This document shows positions 1-10,102 of a DNA stretch of 64,000 nucleotides, piece by piece. A program made the position numbers and the translations under genes. Below the pieces are notes generated by a model. It was not told the DNA's origin. It ran no database searches and saw only the letters and a list, made by a program, of their open reading frames with translations. This DNA is from Dehalococcoidia bacterium (lineage in GTDB: Bacteria; Chloroflexota; Dehalococcoidia; Lucifugimonadales; GCA-002694895), in contig JAPYRX010000001.1 in NCBI GenBank assembly GCA_029936815.1, forward strand, positions 4,256 to 68,255, in the 5' to 3' direction. Every line of letters begins with the position of its first letter. Position 1 is the first letter of the stretch.

Positions 1-1278
1 AATATCATTTGCATACATTTCCATAGGGTCGCTAAGTTTTTCACCTAATTTAAATGCAGTAGATGGGGAAGTTGGAGTAACTAAAATATCAACTTTAGTA
101 AATATATCATTTAGTTCAGATTTTATAATTTGTCTAGCTTGCTCAGCTTTACCATAGTATTCATCATAGTATCCCGAAGATAAAGAATAAGTTCCTAGCA
201 TGATTCTTCTTTTAACTTCTAATCCAAATCCATTAGATCTAGATTTTTCTATTCTTTCCCACATATTATCAACTTCGTTTTCAGAATAACCATATTTTAC
301 CCCATCATATCTAGACAAATTAGAAGAAGCCTCCGATGGAGCTAGAATATAATAAACAGAAAGAGCATAATCTGTGTGAGGTAATGAAACCTCTTCTATC
401 ACTGCGCCTTGATCTGATAAAAAAGACACAAAATCCATAACGCTATCTTTAACTTTTTCATCCAAATATTCTGAAAAATATTCTTTTGGTAATCCTACTT
501 TTAACCCATTCAATATATTTGTTTCGTCATCAATTATTTCCGAACTCAATCCCCTAGATGTTGAATCGTACTCATCTTTACCAGAAATAATATCTAAAAT
601 TAATTTAGAATCTTCTGCATTTCTAGTAAATGGTCCTATCTGATCTAATGAACTTCCAAATGCTATCAGCCCATATCGACTAACTGCCCCATAGGATGGT
701 TTTAGCCCTGTGATCCCACACAAAGATGCTGGTTGTCGAACACTTCCACCTGTATCAGATCCCAAAGAGAAAACACTAAATCCTGCACTTACAGCTGCTG
801 CAGGGCCTCCGCTACTTCCACCTGGAACACGGCTTAAATCCCACGGATTTTTAGTTGCCCCAAAAGCCGAATTTTCTGTTGATGAACCCATAGCAAATTC
901 ATCTAGATTTCCTTTCCCAATCAATATAGCCCCATGTTCATTTAAATTCTTTACTACAGTAGCGTCATAATTGGAAGAGAAACCATCTAAGATCTTAGAT
1001 CCTGCAGTTGTTTCGAAGTGCTTGGTTGATATATTATCTTTCACCATATAAGGAATTCCAGTTATAATATTAGATTCTTTTCTGTGAATGAGCTTATCAG
1101 CTTGTATTGCTTTATCTATAGCATAATCTTTATCCATAGAAATAAATGAATGAATTTGAGATTCGTATTTATCTATTCTGTCAAAAAAATATGTAACTAA
1201 TTCAACTGAACTAATTGTTTTATCAGATAATAATAGACTTAACTCTTTTATACCTTTGTTATGCAAACTATTTAACAT
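1..1278 (-). CDS. gatA: Glu/Asp-tRNA amidotransferase subunit A (GatA); 3' end runs off the window
   Basis: Absent from the ORF track because it is open to the window edge. Reverse translation from the ATG at 1278-1276 gives MLNSLHNKGIKELS.... The amidase signature DLSRVPGGSSGGPAAAVSAG reads on the minus strand at about 781-840. The start abuts the gatC stop (1279-1281). Confidence 0.9.
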   Translation of the reverse strand, partial: MLNSLHNKGIKELSLLLSDKTISSVELVTYFFDRIDKYESQIHSFISMDKDYAIDKAIQADKLIHRKESNIITGIPYMVKDNISTKHFETTAGSKILDGFSSNYDATVVKNLNEHGAILIGKGNLDEFAMGSSTENSAFGATKNPWDLSRVPGGSSGGPAAAVSAGFSVFSLGSDTGGSVRQPASLCGITGLKPSYGAVSRYGLIAFGSSLDQIGPFTRNAEDSKLILDIISGKDEYDSTSRGLSSEIIDDETNILNGLKVGLPKEYFSEYLDEKVKDSVMDFVSFLSDQGAVIEEVSLPHTDYALSVYYILAPSEASSNLSRYDGVKYGYSENEVDNMWERIEKSRSNGFGLEVKRRIMLGTYSLSSGYYDEYYGKAEQARQIIKSELNDIFTKVDILVTPTSPSTAFKLGEKLSDPMEMYANDI

Positions 1279-1575
1279 TTATTCTTCTCCCAAAACAAGC
1301 TCTATAAACAATTCATCTCCATTATGATTTGGGGCATTCTTCAATATATTTTCTTTATCCCAAGATGGTTCAGATTGATCTTCTCTTGTCTGATTATTTT
1401 CTTTTAAACTATCATCAAATTCATTGAAATTATCTAAATTAATGCTGTTTAATTTACTAAAACTACTCAAAATATCAGTCAAATCTACAGATAATTTCTT
1501 GATTTCTTGATCATTCAAATTTAATTTCACTAATCCTGACAGCTTTCCAATTAAATTTTTATCAATGTTTTCCAA
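1279..1575 (-). CDS. gatC: Glu/Asp-tRNA amidotransferase subunit C (GatC)
   Basis: 98 aa acidic helical protein immediately upstream of and abutting gatA. It shows the GatC-like pattern LSGLVKLNLNDQEIKKLSVDLTDILSSFSKLNSI. Confidence 0.85.
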   Translation of the reverse strand: MENIDKNLIGKLSGLVKLNLNDQEIKKLSVDLTDILSSFSKLNSINLDNFNEFDDSLKENNQTREDQSEPSWDKENILKNAPNHNGDELFIELVLGEE

Positions 1576-1580
1576 TTATT

Positions 1581-2156
1581 TCACCTGCTTTTTCTATTGG
1601 TAGATTCCATAGCTTTAACTATTCCATTTTGAAATATATTATCCAAAGCTAGTAAACACTCTTTAATCATTCCATCTACATATTTGTATTCAGTTTTTTT
1701 AAATTTCCCTAATACAAAAGAAATTAATTCATGATTATATATCTCTTTAACTCCAACCCCTAGCCTTAATCTCGCTATATTTTGAGTTTGCATTTCATTA
1801 AAAATTGATTTGAGACCATTATGCCCGCCTGCACTCCCGTTTGTTTTCAATCTGACTATACCAAGAGGTAAATTTATATCATCTACAAAAATAAGTATTT
1901 CTTCAATTTTTAAGTTTAATTTTTTGATTACTTTTTTTAATGGGGGACCTGAATTATTAACATAAGTTAATGATTTCATGGTATATATTTCTAAATGATT
2001 ATATATACCTTTGCTAATTTCATATTCTTTGTTTTTATAGACATTCTCAGATTCTATGATTTTATTAAATGCATCTATAACTTCCCATCCAATATTATGA
2101 CGAGTATTATTGTATTTTCTACCCGGATTACCAATTCCAATTAATAATTTAAACAT
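1581..2156 (-). CDS. pth: Peptidyl-tRNA hydrolase
   Basis: N-terminus LLIGIGNPGRKYNNTRHNIGW and the GGHNGLKS motif are typical of Pth. Confidence 0.95.
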   Translation of the reverse strand: MFKLLIGIGNPGRKYNNTRHNIGWEVIDAFNKIIESENVYKNKEYEISKGIYNHLEIYTMKSLTYVNNSGPPLKKVIKKLNLKIEEILIFVDDINLPLGIVRLKTNGSAGGHNGLKSIFNEMQTQNIARLRLGVGVKEIYNHELISFVLGKFKKTEYKYVDGMIKECLLALDNIFQNGIVKAMESTNRKSR

Positions 2157-2170
2157 AAGGGTATTTGATT

Positions 2171-3085
2171 TTAAAATTTAAAATCACCACTTTTCCCACC
2201 AGATTTCGAAATCAAATGAATTTCATTAATTAATATTTTTTTATCAACAGATTTTAACATGTCATATATAGTCAAAGATGCCACTGAAACTGCAGTTAAC
2301 GCTTCCATTTCTACTCCCGTAGAACTATTACACTTAACTTCTGAAAAAATTGAAATGGAGTTTAGACTTACATCTAATTCAAAATCAATCTCAACGTTTG
2401 TTAAATTAATCTGGTGACAAAGTGGGATTAACTCATGTGTTTTTTTAGCCGCCTGAATCCCAGCTATTCTTGCCGTAGCTGTAACATTGCCTTTTTTAGA
2501 GTTATTGTTTTGAGCCATATGAAATGCTTCTTCAGACATAATTACTTTAGATGTCGCTTTAGCAATTCTAATTGTCTTTTTTTTATCGGAAACATCAACC
2601 ATATTCACATCACCATTGCTGGACAAGTGAGTCATCCTAGCTTGTGTATTAGCTTTTTTATCAACATTTTCATTGCCTTCAATCCCCGCATGCGCTTTTA
2701 CCCACTTCCAATTACATTTCAGATTTTTTTTAATTATTATATTGCTTAATTGATCCCACAATTCAATATTTTCTTTCTTTTTCCAATTTTTAGTCATAGT
2801 ATTTATAATCAATTGACTATCAGATTTAATAACAACATTAGAATCAATTGGAATAACATCGTCTTCGAACGCTTTAATCACCGCAGTTAATTCCATTTTG
2901 TTATTGGTTGTACTTTTGTCCGCTCCGCTTGATTCAATAATTTTATTCTCATCCTGATCTCTAATTTCATATGCCCAACCACCTTGCCCAGGATTTGGTA
3001 TGCACGACCCATCGGTATAAATAATAAATTTTTTAGAATCCGAATATTGCACAAAATCTTCTATGCTAAATTGTTTTTCTTCCAT
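2171..3085 (-). CDS. moaC: In-frame fusion of RNase HI (aa 1-150) and cyclic pyranopterin monophosphate synthase MoaC (aa 151-304)
   Basis: The N-terminal half has the RNase HI motifs YTDGS, MELTA, KSDSQ and NENVDKKA. The C-terminal half begins MTHLSSNGDVNMVDVSDKKKT and continues with IPLCHQI and GVEMEALTAVSVASLTIYDM, the MoaC hallmarks. No stop separates the two halves. Confidence 0.85.
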   Translation of the reverse strand: MEEKQFSIEDFVQYSDSKKFIIYTDGSCIPNPGQGGWAYEIRDQDENKIIESSGADKSTTNNKMELTAVIKAFEDDVIPIDSNVVIKSDSQLIINTMTKNWKKKENIELWDQLSNIIIKKNLKCNWKWVKAHAGIEGNENVDKKANTQARMTHLSSNGDVNMVDVSDKKKTIRIAKATSKVIMSEEAFHMAQNNNSKKGNVTATARIAGIQAAKKTHELIPLCHQINLTNVEIDFELDVSLNSISIFSEVKCNSSTGVEMEALTAVSVASLTIYDMLKSVDKKILINEIHLISKSGGKSGDFKF

Positions 3086-3087
3086 TT

Positions 3088-4104
3088 TTAGCCACCTATT
3101 TTAAACATTTCAACCTTATCTGATTCAAGCTTACCTTTTGATCTTAAAACAGAATATTGATCAGTCCTGTTTTCCCATATCGATTTTACATATTGCTCGA
3201 AATCATCTAATTTTTCAGATCTTATCGCAGTTCTCAAATCATGTCCTGAATTTGTAAACAAGCATGTATACATTTGTCCATCAGCAGTAATTCTAGATCT
3301 GGTACAATCAGAACAAAAAGGTTTTGAAACAGACGATATAATTCCTATCTCACCTAACCCATCTGAAAACCCATATCTCGAAGCAACTTCTCCGTAGTAA
3401 TTTGAATCTAAAGGAGTTAATTTATACTTTTTTTCAATAATATTTATAATATCTTTTGCACTAACAACATGTTCTGGTTTCCATCCATTTATATTTCCTA
3501 CATCCATATATTCAATATATCTAACTATTATATTATTCTTTCTACCAAATTCAGCTAAATCAATAATTTGATTTTCATTAATTCCCTTCATAACTACACA
3601 GTTAATTTTTATATTTTCGAATCCTAGCAAATTCGAGTATTCAATTGCCTCTAATGTACGATCCAAATCTAAATTTTGTCCATTTAATTTTTTATACGAT
3701 TCGGAATTCAAAGAATCTAAACTTACAGTCAATCTATCCATTCCTGCTTCTTTTAAATCTTTAGCATGTTTTTTTAACAAAAATCCATTAGTTGTTAATG
3801 CTATCTCTTTTATATTATCAATTGATTTCAATTTTTGAATAAGAACAGGTAATTCTTTTCGCAACAAAGGTTCTCCGCCTGTGATTCTTAGTTTCTCTAC
3901 CCCTATTTTAGAAAAAATATTCGTTATATTGTATATTTCATCAAATGATAGCAGTTCATCATTTTTTAAAAATTGATACCTTTCTCCAAATATATCTTTA
4001 GGCATGCAGTAAGGACATCTGAAATTACATTTGTCAATTACAGATATTCTTAAATCCTTGATAGGTCTTTTCAATTTATCTCTTATATTCATAGTACAAA
4101 ACAA
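3088..4104 (-). CDS. moaA: GTP 3',8-cyclase MoaA (radical SAM)
   Basis: CNFRCPYCMP radical-SAM motif, a C-terminal CSDCTRSRITADG cluster motif and 338 aa length. Confidence 0.95.
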   Translation of the reverse strand: MFCTMNIRDKLKRPIKDLRISVIDKCNFRCPYCMPKDIFGERYQFLKNDELLSFDEIYNITNIFSKIGVEKLRITGGEPLLRKELPVLIQKLKSIDNIKEIALTTNGFLLKKHAKDLKEAGMDRLTVSLDSLNSESYKKLNGQNLDLDRTLEAIEYSNLLGFENIKINCVVMKGINENQIIDLAEFGRKNNIIVRYIEYMDVGNINGWKPEHVVSAKDIINIIEKKYKLTPLDSNYYGEVASRYGFSDGLGEIGIISSVSKPFCSDCTRSRITADGQMYTCLFTNSGHDLRTAIRSEKLDDFEQYVKSIWENRTDQYSVLRSKGKLESDKVEMFKIGG

Positions 4105-4199
4105 TATACATATTCATAAATAAATTCAATGAATTTTAATAGGTTATTCAATAAATTAATTTGTTAACAGATTTATAATTATTAAATCTAATTATAAAT

Positions 4200-4792
4200 C
4201 TATAAGTTGAAATTATCATCAATAAATTTTGAAAGTTTATTCAATGCTTTCGCTCTATGGCTAATTAGGTTCTTCACAGAAATATCTAATTCTCCAAATG
4301 TTTTAGATTTTTCTGGCACATAAAATATTGGGTCATACCCATGGCCTTGAGTTCCTTTTTGAACCCTACTTATATTGCCTCTAAAAGAACCTTCAAAAAA
4401 CATTACCCATCTATTCTTGAGATAAAGTGTTATAACACACTTGAATTTCGCTTTAAGGTTAATTTCATCTACAGGTAAATTTGAAATCAAAAAATCATTT
4501 CTTTCTTTATCTGACAAATCTGCCCCTCCATATCTTGCGCTATATACTCCTGGTTGATTGCCTAAACAATCTACTTCTAATCCAGAATCGTCACTCAAAG
4601 TAATCATTCCTGTATATTGAGAATAATAATTTGCTTTATAAAACGAATTCATCATAAATGAATTATACGGCTCATCAGGACTTGAATTTATATTAAGAGA
4701 ATTCAAATCATGAATTTTAACTTTTTTTTTTGAAAAAACCTAGAAATTTCAGCGATTTTACCTTTATTTCTAGTAGCAATTAAAATATCCAT
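4200..4792 (-). pseudogene. rdgB: RdgB/HAM1-type non-canonical purine NTP pyrophosphatase, reading frame broken in an A10 homopolymer
   Basis: The track ORF 4200..4706 carries the C-terminal GHGYDPIFYVP and SHRAKA motifs but lacks the N-terminus. The N-terminus MDILIATRNKGKIAEISRFFQKK is encoded from the ATG at 4792-4790 in another frame. The two frames meet at the T10 run at 4722-4731 on the plus strand. Confidence 0.75.
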
Positions 4793-5802
4793 CAAACTTT
4801 TAAAAGACCTTCTCTAGCCAAAGATACTTGCTTGCATCTATCAATAAATTCTTCTTGAGCATCTTTAATATATTTAGTTTGTCCAGCCCATTTTTTCAAA
4901 GTTGAAGTTTGTAAGCCTCTGCCGTAAGAAAAGCTTAATTCCCATGGAGGGGTTTTATCATTTGCTAATTTATTTATCGAATCTAAATTTTCAATTGATT
5001 CACTATCAGACTGCCCTCCTGAGAGAAAGATAATTCCAGGAACCTCTGTAGGGACATGTTTTTTTAAACAATCAATTGTCATTTTAGCTACTTTGTTTTT
5101 ATCAGCTCTATTGATTGAATCTTTCCCTGATAAAATCATATTTGGTTTCAATAAAATACCTGGTAAATATACATTTTGTTGATTTAATTGTTTAAACACT
5201 TCATCTAAAGTAGCTGAAGTAACCTTATTGCAAGTATAAATATCATGATTTCCATCCATTAACACTTCTGGTTCGACTATGGGAACCAATCCTGCTTCCT
5301 GGCTAGCAATTGCATATCTAGCTAATAATATAGAATTAAACTCTATACATTGAGCTGAAGGGATTTGGTCACCAATTGTTATTACAGCTCTCCATTTACT
5401 GAACCTAGCTCCATCTTCATAATATTTTTTCATCCGTTCAAATAACCCGTCTAATCCCTCAGTAATTTTTTCTCCAGGGAATCCTATGAAATCTTTTGCA
5501 CTCTTGTCAACTTTTATCCCAGGAATTATATCTTTACTTTGCAATAATGAAGATAACATTTCTCCTTTCAAATTTTTTTGATATAAAGTTTCTTCATATA
5601 AAATCACACCACTTATATATTCATTTACAGTTTTTGTGGAAAAAAGCATATCTCTATAATCTCTTCTATTGTTTTCATTTGATTCAACACCTATTGAATC
5701 AAATCTATTTTCAATGGTAGGATTACTCTCGTCTGCAGCTAATATCCCTTTTTTTGGAGCCACTAATTTTTTCGCAATACTTGATAATTGATCTTTGTCC
5801 AT
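4792..5802 (-). CDS. fba: Fructose-bisphosphate aldolase, class I (Glycolytic/PF00274-like)
   Basis: ILAADES, LLKPNM and IIFLSGGQS motifs plus 336 aa length match class I FBA. Confidence 0.9.
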   Translation of the reverse strand: MDKDQLSSIAKKLVAPKKGILAADESNPTIENRFDSIGVESNENNRRDYRDMLFSTKTVNEYISGVILYEETLYQKNLKGEMLSSLLQSKDIIPGIKVDKSAKDFIGFPGEKITEGLDGLFERMKKYYEDGARFSKWRAVITIGDQIPSAQCIEFNSILLARYAIASQEAGLVPIVEPEVLMDGNHDIYTCNKVTSATLDEVFKQLNQQNVYLPGILLKPNMILSGKDSINRADKNKVAKMTIDCLKKHVPTEVPGIIFLSGGQSDSESIENLDSINKLANDKTPPWELSFSYGRGLQTSTLKKWAGQTKYIKDAQEEFIDRCKQVSLAREGLLKV

Positions 5803-5818
5803 AATATAACTCCTTCTT

Positions 5819-6751
5819 TTATTCTATATTTTTTGTCAAATTCGCATTGCCTATAATCAATGAAACTGTTTGATGTATACCTTCAGGTTCCAATTCTAAT
5901 GTGTCAACACCTTCAGAAAAAGATTTTCCACCTGCAATGTTAATGATGTATGCCAATGGGTTTGCTTCATACATTAATCTTAATTTAGATTTGTTCATTC
6001 TCACATTCTTAGGATTTAAATGAATCCCCCCTTTTAAGAGGTTTCTATGAAAATCAACTACTAATGAACCTACGTACCTTTGTGTCAAAGATTCATTAAT
6101 TCTAAGAGTATCAACATATTCTTGTATATCTTTGGACCAATTCTTATTATTACTTAAGTTAGTACTATAATATTTAGGGTTGAGTGGTAATTTAATATTT
6201 TGATCCAACATTACGAATTTAGACTCGGAGTCTAAAATAAAAGAAATAACTTTAGAATCATATCCAATAACTAAAATCGTATTCGGGCCATATATTGCAT
6301 ACATAGACATTTTCAAATTAGATCCTTTGTATGATTTGAAATCAGAATAATCAAAATTGTTTTCCCAAACACCAAAAATAGAGCCAATACTAACTGAAAC
6401 ATCTACATTAGAAGACCCATCAAGTGGGTCCATCATAACTAAATAAGAATCATCATGCCCATGAATCTGTTTAATATCATCTAATTCTTCACATACTACA
6501 GCTGAAATATATTCTGTCTGAATAAAATTCTCAAGAAATATATCATTAGCAAGCAAATCTAATTTTTCCACTTCTTCTCCATGTATATTTTCCCCTCCAT
6601 ATTTCCCAAACAAATCAAGCGAGTTAATTCCATAAAGGAGTTTTGATATTTGAATCACGCCATCAGATATTTTATTTATTATTTCAAATATTGCTTTATC
6701 TTGATCAGAATTGGCAGAATTTTGATTTATATAATCTTTTAAAGAAATCAT
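5819..6751 (-). CDS. fbp: Fructose-1,6-bisphosphatase class 1
   Basis: DPLDGSSNVDVSVSIGSIFG, GSLVVDFHRNLLKGGI and LRLMYEANPLAYI motifs. Confidence 0.9.
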   Translation of the reverse strand: MISLKDYINQNSANSDQDKAIFEIINKISDGVIQISKLLYGINSLDLFGKYGGENIHGEEVEKLDLLANDIFLENFIQTEYISAVVCEELDDIKQIHGHDDSYLVMMDPLDGSSNVDVSVSIGSIFGVWENNFDYSDFKSYKGSNLKMSMYAIYGPNTILVIGYDSKVISFILDSESKFVMLDQNIKLPLNPKYYSTNLSNNKNWSKDIQEYVDTLRINESLTQRYVGSLVVDFHRNLLKGGIHLNPKNVRMNKSKLRLMYEANPLAYIINIAGGKSFSEGVDTLELEPEGIHQTVSLIIGNANLTKNIE

Positions 6752-6876
6752 AATTATTTAATAACTCTCTTATATAATATTTAGTTTATACCAATCAATC
6801 AGTTTATACACCTTAGAAATATAAGGATTTTGATTTATAATATGTAGAATAATCAAATTTAATAGTATGTAAAATA

Positions 6877-8160
6877 ATGAAATTTAAACAAAATAAAGAA
6901 AAAGAAAGACAAATAATACTAGATGTAGATTTAGACGAATCTGACGTAGCTCCTTATTATAAAATCGGATATAAAAAACTTGTCAAAAAAATTAATATCC
7001 CTGGATTTAGAAAAGGGAAAGCGCCTTATGGCATCATTGAATCTCAGTACGGAAAAGAATCTCTATTATCCGAAGCAATGGAAGATTTAATATCCGACAA
7101 AACTTCAGAAGCCATAAAAGAATCTGAATTAGAATCATATATGACTCCTAAAATAGAATTGCTCAATATTAGCCCAATCAAATTTAAAATCACTCTACCA
7201 TTACAACCCAAAATTGAGATAGGAGATATAAGTAAAATTAAACTCGATAAAATATCAGACCCAGATTTTGATAAATTAATAGATGAGCAAATTGCAAATC
7301 TTCAAAAACAATTCACAACATGGACACCTGTAGAAAAAAAATCTAAAGCAGGTGATCTTGTAAATATAAATATTATAATCAAAATAAAAGAAACCGAAGT
7401 ACTCAATCAACCTAATACAGATATAGTTCTCGAAGAACAGAATGATGAGTTTGCCCCTGGTTTAATCAAAAACTTGATTGGTCTAAAATCTGGAGATAAC
7501 AATTCTATTGAATTGAAAATTTCAAAAACACACCCTTCTGAAGAACTTGCTGATAAAAAAGGACTGTTTGATTTAACGATCAATTCTGTTAAAAGTCCAA
7601 ATACTCCAAAACTTAATGCTGAATTCGCAAAAATGGTATCTAACAATGAAATCAAAACAATAGCAACATTAAGAAAAAAAATCCAAACTAGTTTGGAAGA
7701 AACTCACAAACAACAAACTGAAACCGAATATACAAATATTTCTATTAATCAATTAGTAGAAATTTCAAAAATAGAAATTCCACCTCTAATTATAGAAAGA
7801 GAAACGGAGTCTGAAATTCAAAATCTTGAAAATTTATCCAAACAATTTAAAATGTCTCTTGAAGAATATCTAAATAAAAACAACCAAAATTTAGATGAAA
7901 CAAAAAATACTATAAATACTGATACTATTTCAAAATTAAATAGAACTTTTCTATTATTGGAAGTATGTAAACAAAACAATATTGAACCTACGGACAAAGA
8001 AATTGTTGATACAGTTCAACTATTAGTAAATCAAAAATCAACAAATAGCCAAGGAACTCAACTTTCAAAAGACGAATTAAGAGCAGAATCAGAATATAGA
8101 TTAAAACTAGAAAAAGCTTCAAAATTTTTATTTGAACTAACCTTGAAAAACATTGAATAA
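6877..8160 (+). CDS. tig: Trigger factor
   Basis: The IPGFRKGKAPYGIIESQYG motif, 427 aa length and position upstream of clpP-clpX. Confidence 0.9.
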   Translation: MKFKQNKEKERQIILDVDLDESDVAPYYKIGYKKLVKKINIPGFRKGKAPYGIIESQYGKESLLSEAMEDLISDKTSEAIKESELESYMTPKIELLNISPIKFKITLPLQPKIEIGDISKIKLDKISDPDFDKLIDEQIANLQKQFTTWTPVEKKSKAGDLVNINIIIKIKETEVLNQPNTDIVLEEQNDEFAPGLIKNLIGLKSGDNNSIELKISKTHPSEELADKKGLFDLTINSVKSPNTPKLNAEFAKMVSNNEIKTIATLRKKIQTSLEETHKQQTETEYTNISINQLVEISKIEIPPLIIERETESEIQNLENLSKQFKMSLEEYLNKNNQNLDETKNTINTDTISKLNRTFLLLEVCKQNNIEPTDKEIVDTVQLLVNQKSTNSQGTQLSKDELRAESEYRLKLEKASKFLFELTLKNIE

Positions 8161-8212
8161 GAATAGAATTTATAAGAAAATTACAAACCTATCTTAAAAA
8201 TAAGGAAAAAAC

Positions 8213-8809
8213 ATGATACAAGATCCTAAAAATATTATACCTATGGTTATTGAAAGTGGCGCAAGAGGTGAAAGGGCATTTGATATATATTCTCTTTTAT
8301 TGAAAGAAAGAATTATATTCTTAGGTACTCCTATTAATGATCAAGTTGCTAATTTATTAGTCGCTCAATTATTGTATTTAGATAGAGAAGATCCTCAAAG
8401 AGACATAAGTATTTATATCAATTCTCCTGGAGGAGTTATAAATGCTGGGTTTGCAATATTAGATACTATGAATCTGATTCGCCCTCCTGTTTCTACAATA
8501 TGTGTAGGGCTTGCGGCAAGCATGGCAACTGTATTACTTACTTCAGGCACAAAAGGTAAAAGATATGCCCTCCCAAATTCAACAATCCATATGCATCAAG
8601 CATTAGGCGGAGCACAAGGACAAGCGTCAGATGTGGAAATAGCTGCACGAGAAATGCTTCGACTAAATGATAAAGTAAGACAAATGATTTCTGACTCAAC
8701 CGGGCAACCTTATGAAAAAATAGCCAAAGATACTGATAGAGATTATTATCTTACTGCTGAACAAGCTAAAGATTACGGACTAATCGACGAAGTTTTAAAT
8801 AATAACTAA
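8213..8809 (+). CDS. clpP: ATP-dependent Clp protease proteolytic subunit
   Basis: [19 protein letters not shown], the active-site context GLAASMA and the HQALGG motif. Confidence 0.97.
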   Translation: MIQDPKNIIPMVIESGARGERAFDIYSLLLKERIIFLGTPINDQVANLLVAQLLYLDREDPQRDISIYINSPGGVINAGFAILDTMNLIRPPVSTICVGLAASMATVLLTSGTKGKRYALPNSTIHMHQALGGAQGQASDVEIAAREMLRLNDKVRQMISDSTGQPYEKIAKDTDRDYYLTAEQAKDYGLIDEVLNNN

Positions 8810-8821
8810 CCCGAGGATATT

Positions 8822-10102
8822 TTGGATAATAATACTAATAAATACGTTTGTTCTTTTTGTAAAAAAACCCAAACACAGGTTAATAGGCTCATAGCAGGTC
8901 CAGAAAAAGTTTTTATTTGTGACCAATGTGTCAAACTTTGCTCTGACATGCTTTCAAATTCGAAAACCAAAGAAATAAGCAAATATACTAATGAAGAATT
9001 TCTTAATGAAATAAGTTACCCAATTTCCATAAAATCTGAATTAGATAAATTTATTATTGGGCAAGATACAGCAAAAAAAATCTTAAGCGTTTCTGTATAC
9101 AATCATTATAAAAGAGTTAATACCCATAAAATTTCCAAATTAGATATTTCAATTGAAAAATCTAATATAGCACTCATTGGCCCTCCAGGATCAGGTAAAA
9201 CCTTATTAGCACAATCTTTAGCTAAAATTCTAGATGTCCCCTTTGCAATAGTAGATGCAACATCATTAACTGAAGCAGGATATGTTGGTGAAGATGTTGA
9301 AAACATATTGCTTAGATTAATTCAAGCAGCAGATTTCGATATTCAAAAAGCTGAGAAAGGAATAATATATATTGACGAGATTGACAAAATAACAAGGAAA
9401 TCTGCAAACCCTTCATTAACTAGAGACGTTTCTGGCGAAGGAGTGCAGCAAGCATTATTAAAAATAATTGAAGGAACAACTTCTAATGTTCCTCCTAAGG
9501 GCGGACGTAAACATCCTGATCAAGAATTCTTACAAATTAATACACATAATATCCTATTTATTGTAGGTGGAGCTTTTGAAGGGATAGAAGATATCGTTAG
9601 CAAAAGAGTTCAAACAAACTTCCAATCTATTGGATTCCAATCAGATAATACAGAGGAATCTGAAAAAACTGATCATCTTGCAAGTAACGAAGATCTTTTA
9701 TCGTTTGGGTTTATCCCAGAATTTGTTGGAAGATTACCAGTCATCGCTCAATTACATGAATTAAGTGAAGATCATTTATATGATATCCTAACACAACCTA
9801 AAAATTCACTTGTTGAGCAATATAAAACTCTTTTTTCAATGGATGATTTGAAATTAGAATTCGAAAAAAACGCATTGCAAAAAATAGCTAAACTTGCAAT
9901 TCAAAGAGGTACTGGAGCAAGAGGGCTGAAATCTATACTAGAAGAAACATTAATTGATGCAATGTATGAATTACCTGGTAAAAAATTACTTGCAAAAATA
10001 ATAGTCACTGAAAGCTCAATAAATGAAAAAAATAATTTCCTCATTTATGATAAAGATAACACAAAAATAAAATATAACGATTTATTATCTAAATCAGCTT
10101 AA
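8822..10102 (+). CDS. clpX: ATP-dependent Clp protease ATP-binding subunit ClpX
   Basis: N-terminal zinc finger CSFCKK...CDQC, Walker A GPPGSGKT and the [10 protein letters not shown] motif. The start is a TTG preceded by GAGGA. Confidence 0.97.
   Translation: MDNNTNKYVCSFCKKTQTQVNRLIAGPEKVFICDQCVKLCSDMLSNSKTKEISKYTNEEFLNEISYPISIKSELDKFIIGQDTAKKILSVSVYNHYKRVNTHKISKLDISIEKSNIALIGPPGSGKTLLAQSLAKILDVPFAIVDATSLTEAGYVGEDVENILLRLIQAADFDIQKAEKGIIYIDEIDKITRKSANPSLTRDVSGEGVQQALLKIIEGTTSNVPPKGGRKHPDQEFLQINTHNILFIVGGAFEGIEDIVSKRVQTNFQSIGFQSDNTEESEKTDHLASNEDLLSFGFIPEFVGRLPVIAQLHELSEDHLYDILTQPKNSLVEQYKTLFSMDDLKLEFEKNALQKIAKLAIQRGTGARGLKSILEETLIDAMYELPGKKLLAKIIVTESSINEKNNFLIYDKDNTKIKYNDLLSKSA

Noticed and set aside
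710-970. Plus-strand 86-aa ORF from the track
   Set aside because: It lies antisense inside gatA, and the minus strand here encodes the amidase signature GGSSGGPAAAV. The same shadow-ORF logic applies to 2435..2749, 5496..5720, 7407..7655, 9106..9306, 10404..10586, 14391..14693, 15182..15865, 19329..19610, 23097..24198, 24304..24893, 26578..26790, 27257..27487, 29760..29972, 30418..30627, 31158..31442, 31716..32168, 35086..35427, 36487..36767, 44615..45055, 45896..46438, 47624..47863, 48267..48965, 50250..50432, 51954..52352, 52958..53185, 53926..54120, 54706..54903, 55634..55888, 57812..58072, 58322..58842, 60168..60359 and 60512..60724.
4105-4199. Possible Moco riboswitch or leader upstream of moaA
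   Set aside because: The 95-nt spacer is almost pure A/T. It has no conserved GC-rich helices of the kind a Moco riboswitch needs.
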